Notes: generated by a model not told the origin, from the sequence alone. Shown: positions 1 through 9,506, counted from the first letter of the stretch. The stretch: DNA of 64,000 nt from Lactobacillaceae bacterium (GCA_031289615.1 JAITPD010000033.1:12123-76122), one strand, 5' to 3'. Translations and numbers: made by a program.

Positions 1-170
1 ATATTTCTATGTTTGGTGGAGCGGAAGTAAATGGAATGCCTTATCGGACAATCGGGTCAAGCTTCATGCAACTTAAGCAAGGGTATAATTCATTGCAAGT
101 TCAAGCTGACTCAGGCGTAGACGGGTTGTTTGTATCAGTCAAGTTTACTCCGCTTGTATTGGGGGTATAA
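1..170 (+). CDS. C-terminal end of a phage tail structural protein (5'-truncated by the window edge)
   Basis: The frame is open from the window edge to TAA 168-170, 2 nt before the next late-gene ATG. It belongs to the tail-module gene string. No motif recognised. Confidence 0.35.
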   Translation, partial: ISMFGGAEVNGMPYRTIGSSFMQLKQGYNSLQVQADSGVDGLFVSVKFTPLVLGV

Positions 171-172
171 AT

Positions 173-1282
173 ATGATTATTGAAGTATATGGTCGCAAAG
201 ATGTGAATAGCTGGGAATCTTCAGGGATTGTTGATTATCAAATTTCATTGACGATTGATACTAATTATCGAACGTATGACACGTTCACAATGACGTTGCC
301 ACTAGAAGAAAGCAAGGATTGGTTTAACCTGATTCAGATTGAATCAATCCTTTTGATTAAGGATAGGTTCTTTTACGTGGATAGTATCCAAGTTGATAAG
401 AAGTCTGACGGTAAAGTTGAGATTAGTGGGGCAAGTTTACTTGGTAAAGCAACTAAGCGAATCATTGAAAAGACCTATGTGCTAACTGGTGGTTATCCAG
501 AAAAAGCAGTCTGGGACTTTATCAATATGAGCATGATTAGTCCAACTACTGCTGCACGTAAAATCAGTACGTTAACATTAGCTGCGTATGAACGGCTGAC
601 TGATGTAAGAATTGATAATATGCAGACGTCTTATGAGAATGTATCAGACAAGATGACTGAGATAATGACCGCTTATGACTTTGGTGTCACTGAGGTTGCA
701 ACAGACTTAGAAGGTATCAAACAACAGGTTAAGGTTTATAAAGGTAAGGACGTTTCCGATTCAGTAGAGTTTACGGCTGACTATGAAAACATTATTGACG
801 AAGGGCTAATTAATAACAATGTGGACGAATCAAACGTTGCGTATGTTTATGGAGAAGACCAGGGAGCTAATCGCAAATTCTACCTGTTAGATAACGGTGG
901 TGTTGGTGTGGCACGCTCTGAGATTTATGTAGACGCACGAGACTTGTCACAAACATATACTGATGATGGTTCAGACGTTGAACATACGTATACTGATGCT
1001 GTTTATCAAAACATGTTGAAGACACGTGGAATCAATGCTCTGGGTGACCGTACTGCGATTCTCACTCTAGTGGGTGATATTAATGTGAACAACCCCTTGT
1101 TTGAGTATGAGAAAGATTACCACGTTGGTGATCGGGTCAGAATTACTTCTAAAACTTTTGGCGTCACTAAGACTGCAATATTGACTAGTATGAAAGAAAC
1201 GTGGGACGAACAAGGCTATCACTTAGAACCAGCATGGGATCAAGATAGTGCAACGGTTTTCACGGCAATTAAACGAAAGTGA
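173..1282 (+). CDS. Phage tail/baseplate structural protein (siphovirus Gp37-like, from memory)
   Basis: 369-aa ORF packed between tail genes upstream of the lysis cassette. The N-terminus MIIEVYGRKD... resembles prophage tail proteins of lactic acid bacteria. The family call is from recollection only. Confidence 0.45.
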   Translation: MIIEVYGRKDVNSWESSGIVDYQISLTIDTNYRTYDTFTMTLPLEESKDWFNLIQIESILLIKDRFFYVDSIQVDKKSDGKVEISGASLLGKATKRIIEKTYVLTGGYPEKAVWDFINMSMISPTTAARKISTLTLAAYERLTDVRIDNMQTSYENVSDKMTEIMTAYDFGVTEVATDLEGIKQQVKVYKGKDVSDSVEFTADYENIIDEGLINNNVDESNVAYVYGEDQGANRKFYLLDNGGVGVARSEIYVDARDLSQTYTDDGSDVEHTYTDAVYQNMLKTRGINALGDRTAILTLVGDINVNNPLFEYEKDYHVGDRVRITSKTFGVTKTAILTSMKETWDEQGYHLEPAWDQDSATVFTAIKRK

Positions 1283-1290
1283 GATAAATA

Positions 1291-2694
1291 ATGAGTGAAC
1301 GATATTTTCCATTTAACTCCGTCAACGGAGACCGCAAGTATGATGCGTCATATTTTGCGGGGTACTTTTCAAAACTATTTACAACCGGTATCTTTGCTAA
1401 CTTTGATAATGGTTTGTTAGTACAAGCTTCACCTTCGCATTCTATGAACGTGATTATTGCAACGGGTGCTGCAACGGTTGAAGGTTATCAATACTGGAAC
1501 GATGAAGTAATTAATTTGGCAGTACCAGTCGCTGGAACACAAGCACGAATAGATTCAGTAGTATTACGTTTGAACCTCGAATCACGTACGCTTGGAGTTG
1601 TGTATAAGCAGAATGATACCTCGGTTGTCAGGTCTGCTGACGGTTCAATTTATGAGTTACAACTTGCTAAGGTTAACGTTGGTAAGAACGTTTCTGCTAT
1701 CACTGCTGCTGATGTAACTGATATGCGTGCAGACGGCACAGTCGCTGGTTATTCATCATTGTTTGGTAAGGTTCCGCTTGAAGGAATCACCGCACAATAT
1801 AAGCAACTATTCGCAGACTACTATGACGATTCACAAAACTTATTCAACAACTTCTTTGAGAGCATTAAAGATACGTTGAGTACTGATGCAGCAGGTAATT
1901 TAAAACTACAAATTGATAAGCTTGGTGATACTGACATTGCATTAAGTGGTGATGTTAGTGGTATGAAGTCATTAAATGAAGGTGGAAGCATTGTTACCTC
2001 ATTAGTTAATGTGACACGTACTAACACGACTTCTAGCTTACAACTTGGTCCGTTCGATAATCACGTTGCCTACATTGATGGTATTACGACAGACACTAAA
2101 GGACGTGTTACAGCGGTTAACACAAAGACGTTCGTTACTGCTGCTAACAGTGCCGTTTCAAGTTGGGAAGCTAATCATGCGTACCAGAAGAATGCTATTG
2201 TATATATTGGTGAACTAGGCACTGACACGACTGGTCATATTAAAGGTGGACTTTTCAGAGCGAATGCTGCCCATACTTCTGGATCAACTTTCCCTGCTAA
2301 CGGAGCGAACTGGACGCTATTAAACGCAGACGCCTATACACGATATTATCCTAGTATAGCAGTCGGATTTGCTAGAACAATTCCAATGTATCGCCAAGGC
2401 CGTACTGTGACTGCTGCTGGGTATTTTGATGCTGCACCATTTCCAGTTAATACAAATACTGCTACTTGGAACGCCTTGAGTGAAACTATCCCTGCTAACC
2501 TTAGGCCTGTTATTACAGTTATCTTACCTGGAGTTGGTAATTGGTCAGCAGCATATATTGGATTCAAGGTCGGACCTGATGGAAGTTTGAAGTATAAGAA
2601 AGAAGGTGCACCATACGGAGATGTAACTGGTAGCTGGATTGTTAAGCCAGAGCTAGGTTATGAGTTCGCAGCAGGCGTACCAACAACAGTCTAA
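1291..2694 (+). CDS. Phage tail fibre / host-recognition-type structural protein
   Basis: 467-aa ORF 8 nt after the previous gene and the last large structural gene before the lysis genes. It is Gly/Thr/Asn/Ala-rich, as receptor-binding proteins often are. No catalytic motif seen. Confidence 0.4.
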   Translation: MSERYFPFNSVNGDRKYDASYFAGYFSKLFTTGIFANFDNGLLVQASPSHSMNVIIATGAATVEGYQYWNDEVINLAVPVAGTQARIDSVVLRLNLESRTLGVVYKQNDTSVVRSADGSIYELQLAKVNVGKNVSAITAADVTDMRADGTVAGYSSLFGKVPLEGITAQYKQLFADYYDDSQNLFNNFFESIKDTLSTDAAGNLKLQIDKLGDTDIALSGDVSGMKSLNEGGSIVTSLVNVTRTNTTSSLQLGPFDNHVAYIDGITTDTKGRVTAVNTKTFVTAANSAVSSWEANHAYQKNAIVYIGELGTDTTGHIKGGLFRANAAHTSGSTFPANGANWTLLNADAYTRYYPSIAVGFARTIPMYRQGRTVTAAGYFDAAPFPVNTNTATWNALSETIPANLRPVITVILPGVGNWSAAYIGFKVGPDGSLKYKKEGAPYGDVTGSWIVKPELGYEFAAGVPTTV

Positions 2695-2766
2695 AAATAA
2701 GATGGCGTCATTCAAGCAATGAATGGCGTTATTTTTATTACATAAAATAAGGAAGGAGGTAGCGAC

Positions 2767-3177
2767 ATGCTTAGACACTTTGCTAAAAATAAGTTTTGGA
2801 TTCTGACTGGTGTTGAATTGATTGCGATTGCGTATATGTTCTCGGTTGGATTATCTAGATTTGATAAACATGTGCCATCATCAATCATGTTAATCTCTGA
2901 ACCGTTCTTTCGGTTTATCACATATAGCATTGGAACGGCATTGATTATTCAAGGTATCTGGGATATTTATTGGTATCGAATTCGTGAAGTTAGCAGAATA
3001 TTAGCTGGTGGAATTGCAGGCGTATGGGCTGGAGCTTATTGGATGAGTGATACAACTTTTGGGCACTTATCGATTATCCCATTAGGTATGACGTTTCTAT
3101 TAATACGGATTCTAGTTGAGCTACTGTACAACGATACCTACTTCGCAAAGGGAGAAGGTAAAAATTATGAACTCTGA
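2767..3177 (+). CDS. Phage-encoded integral membrane protein (about 4 hydrophobic helices)
   Basis: GGAGG RBS 6 nt upstream. The 136-aa product has four hydrophobic segments and sits directly upstream of the holin region. Confidence 0.4.
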   Translation: MLRHFAKNKFWILTGVELIAIAYMFSVGLSRFDKHVPSSIMLISEPFFRFITYSIGTALIIQGIWDIYWYRIREVSRILAGGIAGVWAGAYWMSDTTFGHLSIIPLGMTFLLIRILVELLYNDTYFAKGEGKNYEL

Positions 3178-3484
3178 AAATTTAACAGACATAATTGGTG
3201 TTGCTTCTCTCGTTATATCGGGGTTGTTCGCGTTCTTTAAATTTACTGGTACTAATAATTTAAGCCGTGAAGGTAAGGTATGGGAGCAGGTAGAAAGCTT
3301 GTCTGAGCAAAACCAAGCCTTGCAAAAGAACTTTCAAGACTTAGTGGCAGAGAATTCAATCCTACAAGAAAAACTACGGGCTACTACTAATGAAGTAACA
3401 ACGTTGAAGGCACAATTAATCCAGATGCAAAACGCAATGGATAACAGGCAAAATAATGGAGGACAATATGGATCAATTAATTAA
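3167..3484 (+). CDS. Small phage protein with an N-terminal TM helix and a coiled-coil
   Basis: Start chosen at ATG 3167 behind GGAGAAGG (3151-3158). It overlaps the stop of the preceding ORF. Hydrophobic segment IIGVASLVISGLFAFF, then a heptad-like Q/L/E-rich stretch. Confidence 0.4.
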   Translation: MNSENLTDIIGVASLVISGLFAFFKFTGTNNLSREGKVWEQVESLSEQNQALQKNFQDLVAENSILQEKLRATTNEVTTLKAQLIQMQNAMDNRQNNGGQYGSIN

Positions 3485-3776
3485 AATTCTAGTAGCGTTG
3501 TTTGATAGTGGACTACTAGGAGCAGTCACGGTGTTTGGTGTAAAGTACCTTATCTCAATTACAAAGAATAAAAATATTTTGATGTTTGAGAAGTGGGCAC
3601 TACAGGCCGTAACGCTTGCTGACAAGACAACGCTAGAAAATCCGGAAAAGAAGGATTTAGCAACAAACTTCTTAACTGAACGATTAAACGCTAACAAGCT
3701 GAATTACAAATTTAGTGAAGACCAAGTTAGTGCTGCAATCGAACTCGCACTCAAGGAACTGAAAGGAAACAACTAA
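3468..3776 (+). CDS. Holin, phage LL-H type (holin superfamily 6)
   Basis: ATG 3468 behind GGAGGA. About 100 aa with one N-terminal TM helix and a charged helical tail (..ALQAVTLADK..AAIELALKEL) like LL-H-type holins. It lies immediately upstream of the endolysin. Confidence 0.55.
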   Translation: MDQLIKILVALFDSGLLGAVTVFGVKYLISITKNKNILMFEKWALQAVTLADKTTLENPEKKDLATNFLTERLNANKLNYKFSEDQVSAAIELALKELKGNN

Positions 3777-3777
3777 C

Positions 3778-4650
3778 ATGAATATCGAAAATCAAATTGT
3801 AAATCGCCCTGCTATCGGAGTACCACCATTTAAGTATGTAGTTTCACATTCGACTGGTAATTTGAATGCTACGGCACAGAACGAGGCTGACTATGTTAAT
3901 CGTGCCTGGGAGCAAACCGAAGCTTACTACACGCACGTTGTTGGTAACGGACGTGTAATTCAAGTTAACCCTGTCGGACAAGGCTCATGGAACATTGGAA
4001 CGTATGACACAAACGTTAATACGTACGCAGCGGTTGAGTTGATTGAAAGTGCAACGATTGAAGACTACAAGCTTTATGTTCAACTATTGCATGACTTGGC
4101 CGTAGAAGCTGGATTACCATTGACGCTGAACAACGGTCGTAATAACGGTATCATCACACACGCATACGCTTCACGTAATGGATTTGGTTCTGATCATACA
4201 GACCCAGAAGCCGTCTTAGCACGGTTAGGAATCAGTCAAGAACAGTTTGCCAAAGACTTGCAAGCTGGTTCAGGAAGCAACGGTGGAGCATCACAACCAG
4301 CAGAACCAGCAAAGCCTGCAGCAGGAAACGATGTAGACTATATGCGTCAATATGGTGTAGTGGTTATGAATCACAAGCACTGGCATATCGATGAAGTTGG
4401 AACGTATGCTGGAATCACACAGGTTATCTCTCATGAACTAGCTGGGCAAGCACCTTATTCATTCGAGTACAATGGTGTTCCTTATCCTACTCAAGATGAA
4501 CTTAACCAAGGCTGGTTTACGTTCGGACTAGATAGCATGAATATTAAAGGATATGACGTTGCATCTAATGGAATTCAGATTGATGTTATGGGTCGAAACG
4601 ATCCAGATTTCTATGTTTGGGTAGACGCTACTGCAGCACGAAACGCTTAA
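3778..4650 (+). CDS. Endolysin: N-acetylmuramoyl-L-alanine amidase (Amidase_2/PGRP type) with an unassigned C-terminal domain
   Basis: The N-terminal ~170 aa carry amidase_2-like segments (VVSHSTGN, AYYTHVVGNGRVIQV, ITHAYAS..GSDHTDP). A Gly/Ser/Pro/Ala linker (GSGSNGGASQPAEPAKPAAG) precedes a ~110-aa C-terminal domain. Position after the holin fits. Confidence 0.75.
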   Translation: MNIENQIVNRPAIGVPPFKYVVSHSTGNLNATAQNEADYVNRAWEQTEAYYTHVVGNGRVIQVNPVGQGSWNIGTYDTNVNTYAAVELIESATIEDYKLYVQLLHDLAVEAGLPLTLNNGRNNGIITHAYASRNGFGSDHTDPEAVLARLGISQEQFAKDLQAGSGSNGGASQPAEPAKPAAGNDVDYMRQYGVVVMNHKHWHIDEVGTYAGITQVISHELAGQAPYSFEYNGVPYPTQDELNQGWFTFGLDSMNIKGYDVASNGIQIDVMGRNDPDFYVWVDATAARNA

Positions 4651-4838
4651 AACGTATAGTTGTAAATGTATATATTAAATATATATTATGTATAAGCAGG
4701 GACTACTTTTTAATTTTGTAAATGTGGACAAGATGTGGACAAAACTAACTAAAAATTATATTGTTGCCGGTATGACGGCATTTATAAGCGAAGGGTTTAG
4801 ACCCCTCTGTCTCCGTAGTGAGCAATTATAAGTAAAAT

Positions 4839-4875
4839 CGTCGTATCAGGAAATGCTTGATACGACGTTTTTTTG
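4839..4875 (+). terminator. Rho-independent terminator closing the prophage late operon
   Basis: Perfect 10-bp stem CGTCGTATCA/TGATACGACG (4839-4848/4858-4867), 9-nt loop, then T7 (4868-4874). Confidence 0.75.
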
Positions 4876-5252
4876 TTATACGTTAAAATAGGACTGATAA
4901 ACAAAAAAATAAGTAAATTAACCTAGCAAGATCAAGTAGCGAAATTAAAAATAATATTTGAATATAGATTACACTAAACAATTAAAACTAAGGTGCTTTT
5001 TAGAATTTAGAAAATCACGGCATATTTGAAAAAAATTAGTTTGATGAATTAATGCATCAAAAGATTAAATTAAAAAATAAGCTTGGTACATTGGATGCCG
5101 TTAGAATAGGTGCTAAGACCAAATACCAAGATTTCACTTGATGAATTTTTAAATTAAATTTAGTACGATGTTCAAAGGACTAATTTTAAGGATTGTATTG
5201 CTATTTAATACAACATATACTGTTATTAGTTCAAAAGAATGGGGAGAATAAA

Positions 5253-6116
5253 ATGATTATAAAAGGGAAGCAATTGCGTCATCAAAGAGAGGCGATGGGA
5301 TTGAGTCAACGGGCTTTGGCAGAGGGGATTTGCCACCAGTCGTTGATATCTAGAATGGAAAGTCAAAGTCATGTGACAAGCATGGTGATTTTGCAAGAAA
5401 TTTGTCACCGTTTGCAAATCGACATGGAATCAATGGTGTCATTTGATGAACCAAACTATTTAAATTTAAGTGCAGCTCGTGAAGCAGTTGATAATGGGGA
5501 TTATTCGACGGCACGGGCATTACTTAAAAAACAATGCAATATAAAATTTTTGCCGGATGAAGCTAAACCTTTGTATCACGTATTGCATAGTCACCTTGAG
5601 TTAAGCGTTAAAAATTATTTTGGAGCTTTGAATGATTTACAAAATGCCAGTGTTTCGGTAACTTCTTTGCAAAGAAATTTAATTATTGAAATTGAAGCAA
5701 TCATGACTGAGGTTTGGCTAAAGTTGAAAGATTATGAAAAGGCTAAATACTGTAATCAAGTTGCATTGAAAAAAGTGCGAGTTTTCGACAAAATGAAACA
5801 TGTTAATCTTGATCAGAGTTTGATGGCCTCTGTTTACCGGCAAAGTGCTCAATTGGAAGTTCAACGCGGATCGTTAAAAATGGCAGAACATTCTTTAGAA
5901 AAAGCCCGGCGTTATGCATCAAAGAGCACGCTTACCCGTGAATTAGTTAAACTCAATTTAGTCCATGGAAATATCAAAGCAAAACAAAGTGAAACTAGGG
6001 AATCGTGTCAGGCTTATATTAAGGCGTACGCAGCCGCGGAACAACTTGGGGATGTGGTGATGATGGATGACATTAAACCTTTGCTAATGGAGCAGAATGT
6101 TGATTATTTCGATTGA
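5253..6116 (+). CDS. XRE-family HTH regulator with a helical-repeat (TPR-like) C-terminal domain; Rgg/RRNPP-type architecture
   Basis: ATG 5253 behind GGGGAGA. The N-terminus LRHQREAMGLSQRALAEGICHQSLISRMESQ is a classic XRE HTH. About 220 aa of helical repeat follow, and the total of 287 aa is typical of Rgg-like regulators. Confidence 0.6.
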   Translation: MIIKGKQLRHQREAMGLSQRALAEGICHQSLISRMESQSHVTSMVILQEICHRLQIDMESMVSFDEPNYLNLSAAREAVDNGDYSTARALLKKQCNIKFLPDEAKPLYHVLHSHLELSVKNYFGALNDLQNASVSVTSLQRNLIIEIEAIMTEVWLKLKDYEKAKYCNQVALKKVRVFDKMKHVNLDQSLMASVYRQSAQLEVQRGSLKMAEHSLEKARRYASKSTLTRELVKLNLVHGNIKAKQSETRESCQAYIKAYAAAEQLGDVVMMDDIKPLLMEQNVDYFD

Positions 6117-6200
6117 TTCCCTTTTTGATAGTACATTTAATCGGTCACTGATAAAATTCAATTCATACAAAAGAAACGGATTTTATGAGGGGTTGAAACG

Positions 6201-6812
6201 ATGAATAAAAATAGTAGTCGCCATTTGGTTTTAACAGCATTATTTATAGGAATTATTATTTTACAAACATTAGTACCGTGGCTTGGCTTATTGCCACTGG
6301 GATTCTTTGCTGTTGGGGCCGCCGTGCAAATTATTGGAGTTACTGTAGCAATTGGCGCCATTCTTTTGGGAGCACGCACAGGGGCCTTTCTGGGCTTTAT
6401 ATGGGGTAGCATTGCACTGTGGCAAGCTTGGACCAGTGTGCCTAATATTGGTGCGTTGATTTTCCGTAATCCAATTACTGCGATTGTGCCACGCATGTTG
6501 GTCGGATTGATAGTGGGTTACCTTTTTGTGAAATTGTATAAAAAGACGCAAAGGACACCTGATTTTGTTGCGCTAGCGGTTCTAGGTGGTTTGTCGGCCT
6601 TGATTAATACTTTTTTCGTTCTACTTTTCACATGGATCGGATTTACCTATATGCATACATCGTTTACTGGAATTCCGCAAAATGGGTTGCTTGCGTGGTT
6701 GATTGTTGCAGTTGCAGGATCAAATGGAATCTTAGAAATTATCATTGCGGCGATCCTAGTTGCGTTAGTCGGAAGAGCTGTTTTGAAAGTAACAAAGAAT
6801 TATTCAATCTAA
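6201..6812 (+). CDS. ECF-transporter substrate-specific (S) component, substrate unknown
   Basis: 203-aa polytopic membrane protein. The N-terminus ..[24 protein letters not shown].. resembles ECF S components. GAGGGG RBS. Confidence 0.5.
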   Translation: MNKNSSRHLVLTALFIGIIILQTLVPWLGLLPLGFFAVGAAVQIIGVTVAIGAILLGARTGAFLGFIWGSIALWQAWTSVPNIGALIFRNPITAIVPRMLVGLIVGYLFVKLYKKTQRTPDFVALAVLGGLSALINTFFVLLFTWIGFTYMHTSFTGIPQNGLLAWLIVAVAGSNGILEIIIAAILVALVGRAVLKVTKNYSI

Positions 6813-6946
6813 GTTCGGGTAGCATAAAAAAATTAAGATGGCTGAGGCAAATGTAAAGTTTTGCTCCAGTCATCTTTATAATTTAAAATAAATTGAATAA
6901 CTAGTTTATAATATAAATAACTATGTAGCTGATGGGGAGATTAAAA

Positions 6947-7627
6947 ATGGTGCGCAGGCGCAAGAGGAAAAAGCAAAATAAAGCACTGAAGGCTCTGCAC
7001 CCATCAACTTTTTTTGTAAAGCGGGGGCGGTTAAGGTTTTGGCGGACACTAGTTGTCGTTGTATTGATCTTGTTTTTTTCGTGGAATGTGACTGATTTAA
7101 AGCAAATTAAAATTGCAGACCCTGACGTGGAAAATGTCACAAAATTACCGATGAATAAGCTGACTCGTGATCAATTCATTCGACGGCTGGCCCCTGAAGC
7201 CCAGATGTTGCAAGTTAAATACGGCGTTAGAGCTTCAATTAGTTTGTCCCAAGCTGCTCTTGAATCAAATTGGGGTGATTCAAGATTGGCCTATGAATAT
7301 AATAATTTTTTTGGAGTGAAAGCAACTGCAGGAGCTCAGAGTGTAACATTGCCAACCAGTGAGTATATTGATAAAAAATGGATTAAGGTGGATGCACAAT
7401 TTCGGGTGTATGATTCATGGCAAGAATCGATGGAAGCTCACGCGCAATTGTTGGTGAATGGAACTAGCGACAATCCTAGACGCTATCAGGCGGTAATCAC
7501 GGCTAATGATGCACAAGCTTCTGCCCGCGCGTTGGTAACTGGTGGATATGCCACTGATCCACAGTATGCTGAAAAAATTATCCGCATTATCGATGTTTAT
7601 AACCTAACTCAGTATGATTATGATTAA
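6947..7627 (+). CDS. Membrane-anchored glycoside hydrolase family 73 peptidoglycan hydrolase (N-acetylglucosaminidase)
   Basis: ATG 6947 behind GGGGAGA. A basic N-terminus and one TM helix precede GH73 segments (SQAALESNWG, YNNFFGVKA, YATDPQYAEKI). Confidence 0.7.
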   Translation: MVRRRKRKKQNKALKALHPSTFFVKRGRLRFWRTLVVVVLILFFSWNVTDLKQIKIADPDVENVTKLPMNKLTRDQFIRRLAPEAQMLQVKYGVRASISLSQAALESNWGDSRLAYEYNNFFGVKATAGAQSVTLPTSEYIDKKWIKVDAQFRVYDSWQESMEAHAQLLVNGTSDNPRRYQAVITANDAQASARALVTGGYATDPQYAEKIIRIIDVYNLTQYDYD

Positions 7628-7647
7628 TTAAGATGGAGATTGAAAGA

Positions 7648-8751
7648 ATGATGAAAATCCTACCAGGTAGCACAATCGGAATTATTGGTAACCGTGAGAC
7701 GACCCGTTATGTGATTCAAGCGGCGCACAATATGGGCTATACAGCTGCAGTTTACTCAGATAATGATGAATCTCAATTAGGGAGCGAGGCCGATTTTAAT
7801 TTTGTTGGCTCAGATAGTTGGGAAACCTTTCTAGGGCTCTCAACGATTGTGACGTATAATGATGCATGGTTGCCATTTGAGATAGTTGAAAAGTTGAATG
7901 GTGTCAATTTGCCTCAAGGGACAGCCTTGTTGGAATTGACAGATGATCATTCGCTTTCGAGAAGTTTTTTTGATGAGCATTCAATCAATACCTTGCCCTA
8001 CAAGTTAGCGAGCACGTTAGATGAAATTGCGATTGCTGCGACAGCGTTGAGTTATCCGGTGGTGGTTAAGTCGATTTTTAAACATGGAAATCATTCTAAA
8101 AGCATCGTGTTAAATGGCGCATGGGATTTAGGATTGGTGGCACCATTAATCGATGGTGGCCAGTTGCTCATTGAAACATGGTTGCCCAATGTGGAAGAAT
8201 ATACGCTTTCTGCCGTTCGAGATGGTGAAGGTGAATTGACGCTTTTCCCGGTCAGTCAGCTAGAGCCAAACGAGCACAAGTGGTCTAAGTTGTGGACTGC
8301 AAATCAGCTTGATGTCGAAATCATTGAAGCTATGCAGCAAACGGTTAATCAAATTGCTGATCAGATTCATTATGTTGGCGCGTTTACAGTGGCATTTTTG
8401 TATAGCTCAACTGGCAATCTGTATATTCGTGATGTGTTTGCTGGAATCGGAGACGAACAGTTTATTTATGCAGAGACGACCAATTCGGATCTAGTGACGC
8501 AGCATTTGCGCGCGTTGACCGGGCAGGCATTGAGTTCTGTAATTCAGACTCAAACTGGTATCTATCAGCCACTTGCCGCTGAGCAAATCGAAAAACTTTA
8601 CGAACAATGGACTATTAAACCAGATTGGAAAGTTTCGATTTATCGAGAAACACAGCCAAAAGATCAAGCCGGGCATGTCATTGCGACTGGAACAGATTTG
8701 GAACGACTTAATACACAATTAGACGTTTCTGAAATTTGGAAAAATGATTAA
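7648..8751 (+). CDS. ATP-grasp domain protein, PurK-like
   Basis: ATG 7648 behind GGAGA. The N-terminus ILPGSTIGIIGNRETTRY resembles the PurK/ATP-grasp Rossmann start. Length about 368 aa. Function not assignable. Confidence 0.45.
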   Translation: MMKILPGSTIGIIGNRETTRYVIQAAHNMGYTAAVYSDNDESQLGSEADFNFVGSDSWETFLGLSTIVTYNDAWLPFEIVEKLNGVNLPQGTALLELTDDHSLSRSFFDEHSINTLPYKLASTLDEIAIAATALSYPVVVKSIFKHGNHSKSIVLNGAWDLGLVAPLIDGGQLLIETWLPNVEEYTLSAVRDGEGELTLFPVSQLEPNEHKWSKLWTANQLDVEIIEAMQQTVNQIADQIHYVGAFTVAFLYSSTGNLYIRDVFAGIGDEQFIYAETTNSDLVTQHLRALTGQALSSVIQTQTGIYQPLAAEQIEKLYEQWTIKPDWKVSIYRETQPKDQAGHVIATGTDLERLNTQLDVSEIWKND

Positions 8752-8824
8752 ATCACAAAAAAGCGCAAGGTATACTGGCAATGAGTCAGCTACTATGCGC
8801 TTTTAAAGTGATAATATTAAGATC

Positions 8825-8941
8825 CTAGTTCATCAAAGCTTGGAGCAAAACGACAAGGACACTGGCGATTGACAAAAATAACATGATGATCACAAAGACT
8901 TGATTGATTTTTGCCAAACGTGATTTCTTTTTCTTAGCCAT
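8825..8941 (-). CDS. Small (38 aa) single-TM protein, DUF4044-like
   Basis: Hand translation of the minus strand gives MAKKKKSRLAKINQVFVIIMLFLSIASVLVVLLQALMN*. A Lys-rich N-terminus plus one hydrophobic helix is the pattern of a small conserved Lactobacillales protein. It is below the ORF-track cutoff and the RBS is weak. Confidence 0.4.
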   Translation of the reverse strand: MAKKKKSRLAKINQVFVIIMLFLSIASVLVVLLQALMN

Positions 8942-9109
8942 GGGAAGAAAAGCCTACTTTCATTTTCATTTGTATATACTATTCTACCAAACCTATGCCA
9001 ACTTGGGAAAGAAATCTTTACGTTAATTTTTTGACGGACTGAATGTGAAAACGATTTTTTGATAATGCTAGCATGCTATAATGAATCTATAACAAATGAG
9101 TGAGGGTCA

Positions 9110-9472
9110 ATGATGTTTTCGTTTATTGATTGGAAAATTGGCCTTGGGGTCATAATTGGAATATGGTTGCTACTCTTATTTGGGCGGCGAGTAGTTTTGA
9201 GGGGACGGATTCCGGCCAGAATCAAAACATTAGACCTGATGATTTTTTTCATGTGGTGGGAAATTGGCGAGATAACTTTTCAAACGTGGCAAAGATCAGC
9301 ACTGCCATCTTTGTGGTTAGTTTTTGTTCTCTGGGGGATGGCCATAGTAGTCTACCAAGGGTTTTGGAGCCAAAAATATACACCGCGCCATTTTTTTGTA
9401 ATGTGGTGGCGAATCATTGGAATAGTAACAATTGTCGTTTTGCTCGGCTTCATTGCGTTGGCAGTGTTGTGA
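9110..9472 (+). CDS. Hypothetical integral membrane protein (4 hydrophobic segments)
   Basis: GAGGG RBS and an extended -10 (TGCTATAAT, ~9075-9083) upstream. Trp-rich hydrophobic 120-aa product. Confidence 0.4.
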   Translation: MMFSFIDWKIGLGVIIGIWLLLLFGRRVVLRGRIPARIKTLDLMIFFMWWEIGEITFQTWQRSALPSLWLVFVLWGMAIVVYQGFWSQKYTPRHFFVMWWRIIGIVTIVVLLGFIALAVL

Positions 9473-9506
9473 AATATAAAAAAAATAATTCTAAGATGAG
9501 GTTGAG

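Larger units (their letters stand above)
1..4880 (+). mobile_element. Right-hand (late) end of a siphovirus-type prophage: tail/host-recognition genes, lysis cassette and terminator. The rest lies outside the window.
   Basis: An uninterrupted same-strand string of tightly packed ORFs ends in a holin (3468-3776) and an amidase endolysin (3778-4650). A strong terminator (4839-4875) and an AT-rich non-coding gap follow. The exact attR is not identifiable. Confidence 0.6.

Noticed and set aside
4790-4815. tRNA/tmRNA-like 3' end read as a real tRNA gene
   Set aside because: No complementary 5' acceptor strand, D-arm or anticodon arm exists in the preceding 80 nt, and the T-loop (TTTAGAC) is non-canonical. 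At most it is an att-site remnant (kept as a low-interest finding).
5052-5141. 29-aa ORF (MHQKIKLKNKLGTLDAVRIGAKTKYQDFT) as the signalling peptide of the Rgg-like regulator
   Set aside because: It has no Shine-Dalgarno and is hydrophilic and basic rather than hydrophobic. It has no secretion or processing features.
6158-6551. Minus-strand ORFs 6158-6496 and 6288-6551
   Set aside because: They are antisense to the ECF S-component gene and are shadow frames of a hydrophobic protein.
8758-8806. AAAAGCGCA...TGCGCTTTT as a bidirectional terminator between the ATP-grasp gene and the small minus-strand ORF
   Set aside because: The arms are 9 bp, but the loop is about 30 nt with only patchy inner pairing. 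It is plausible but too weak to list as a feature.
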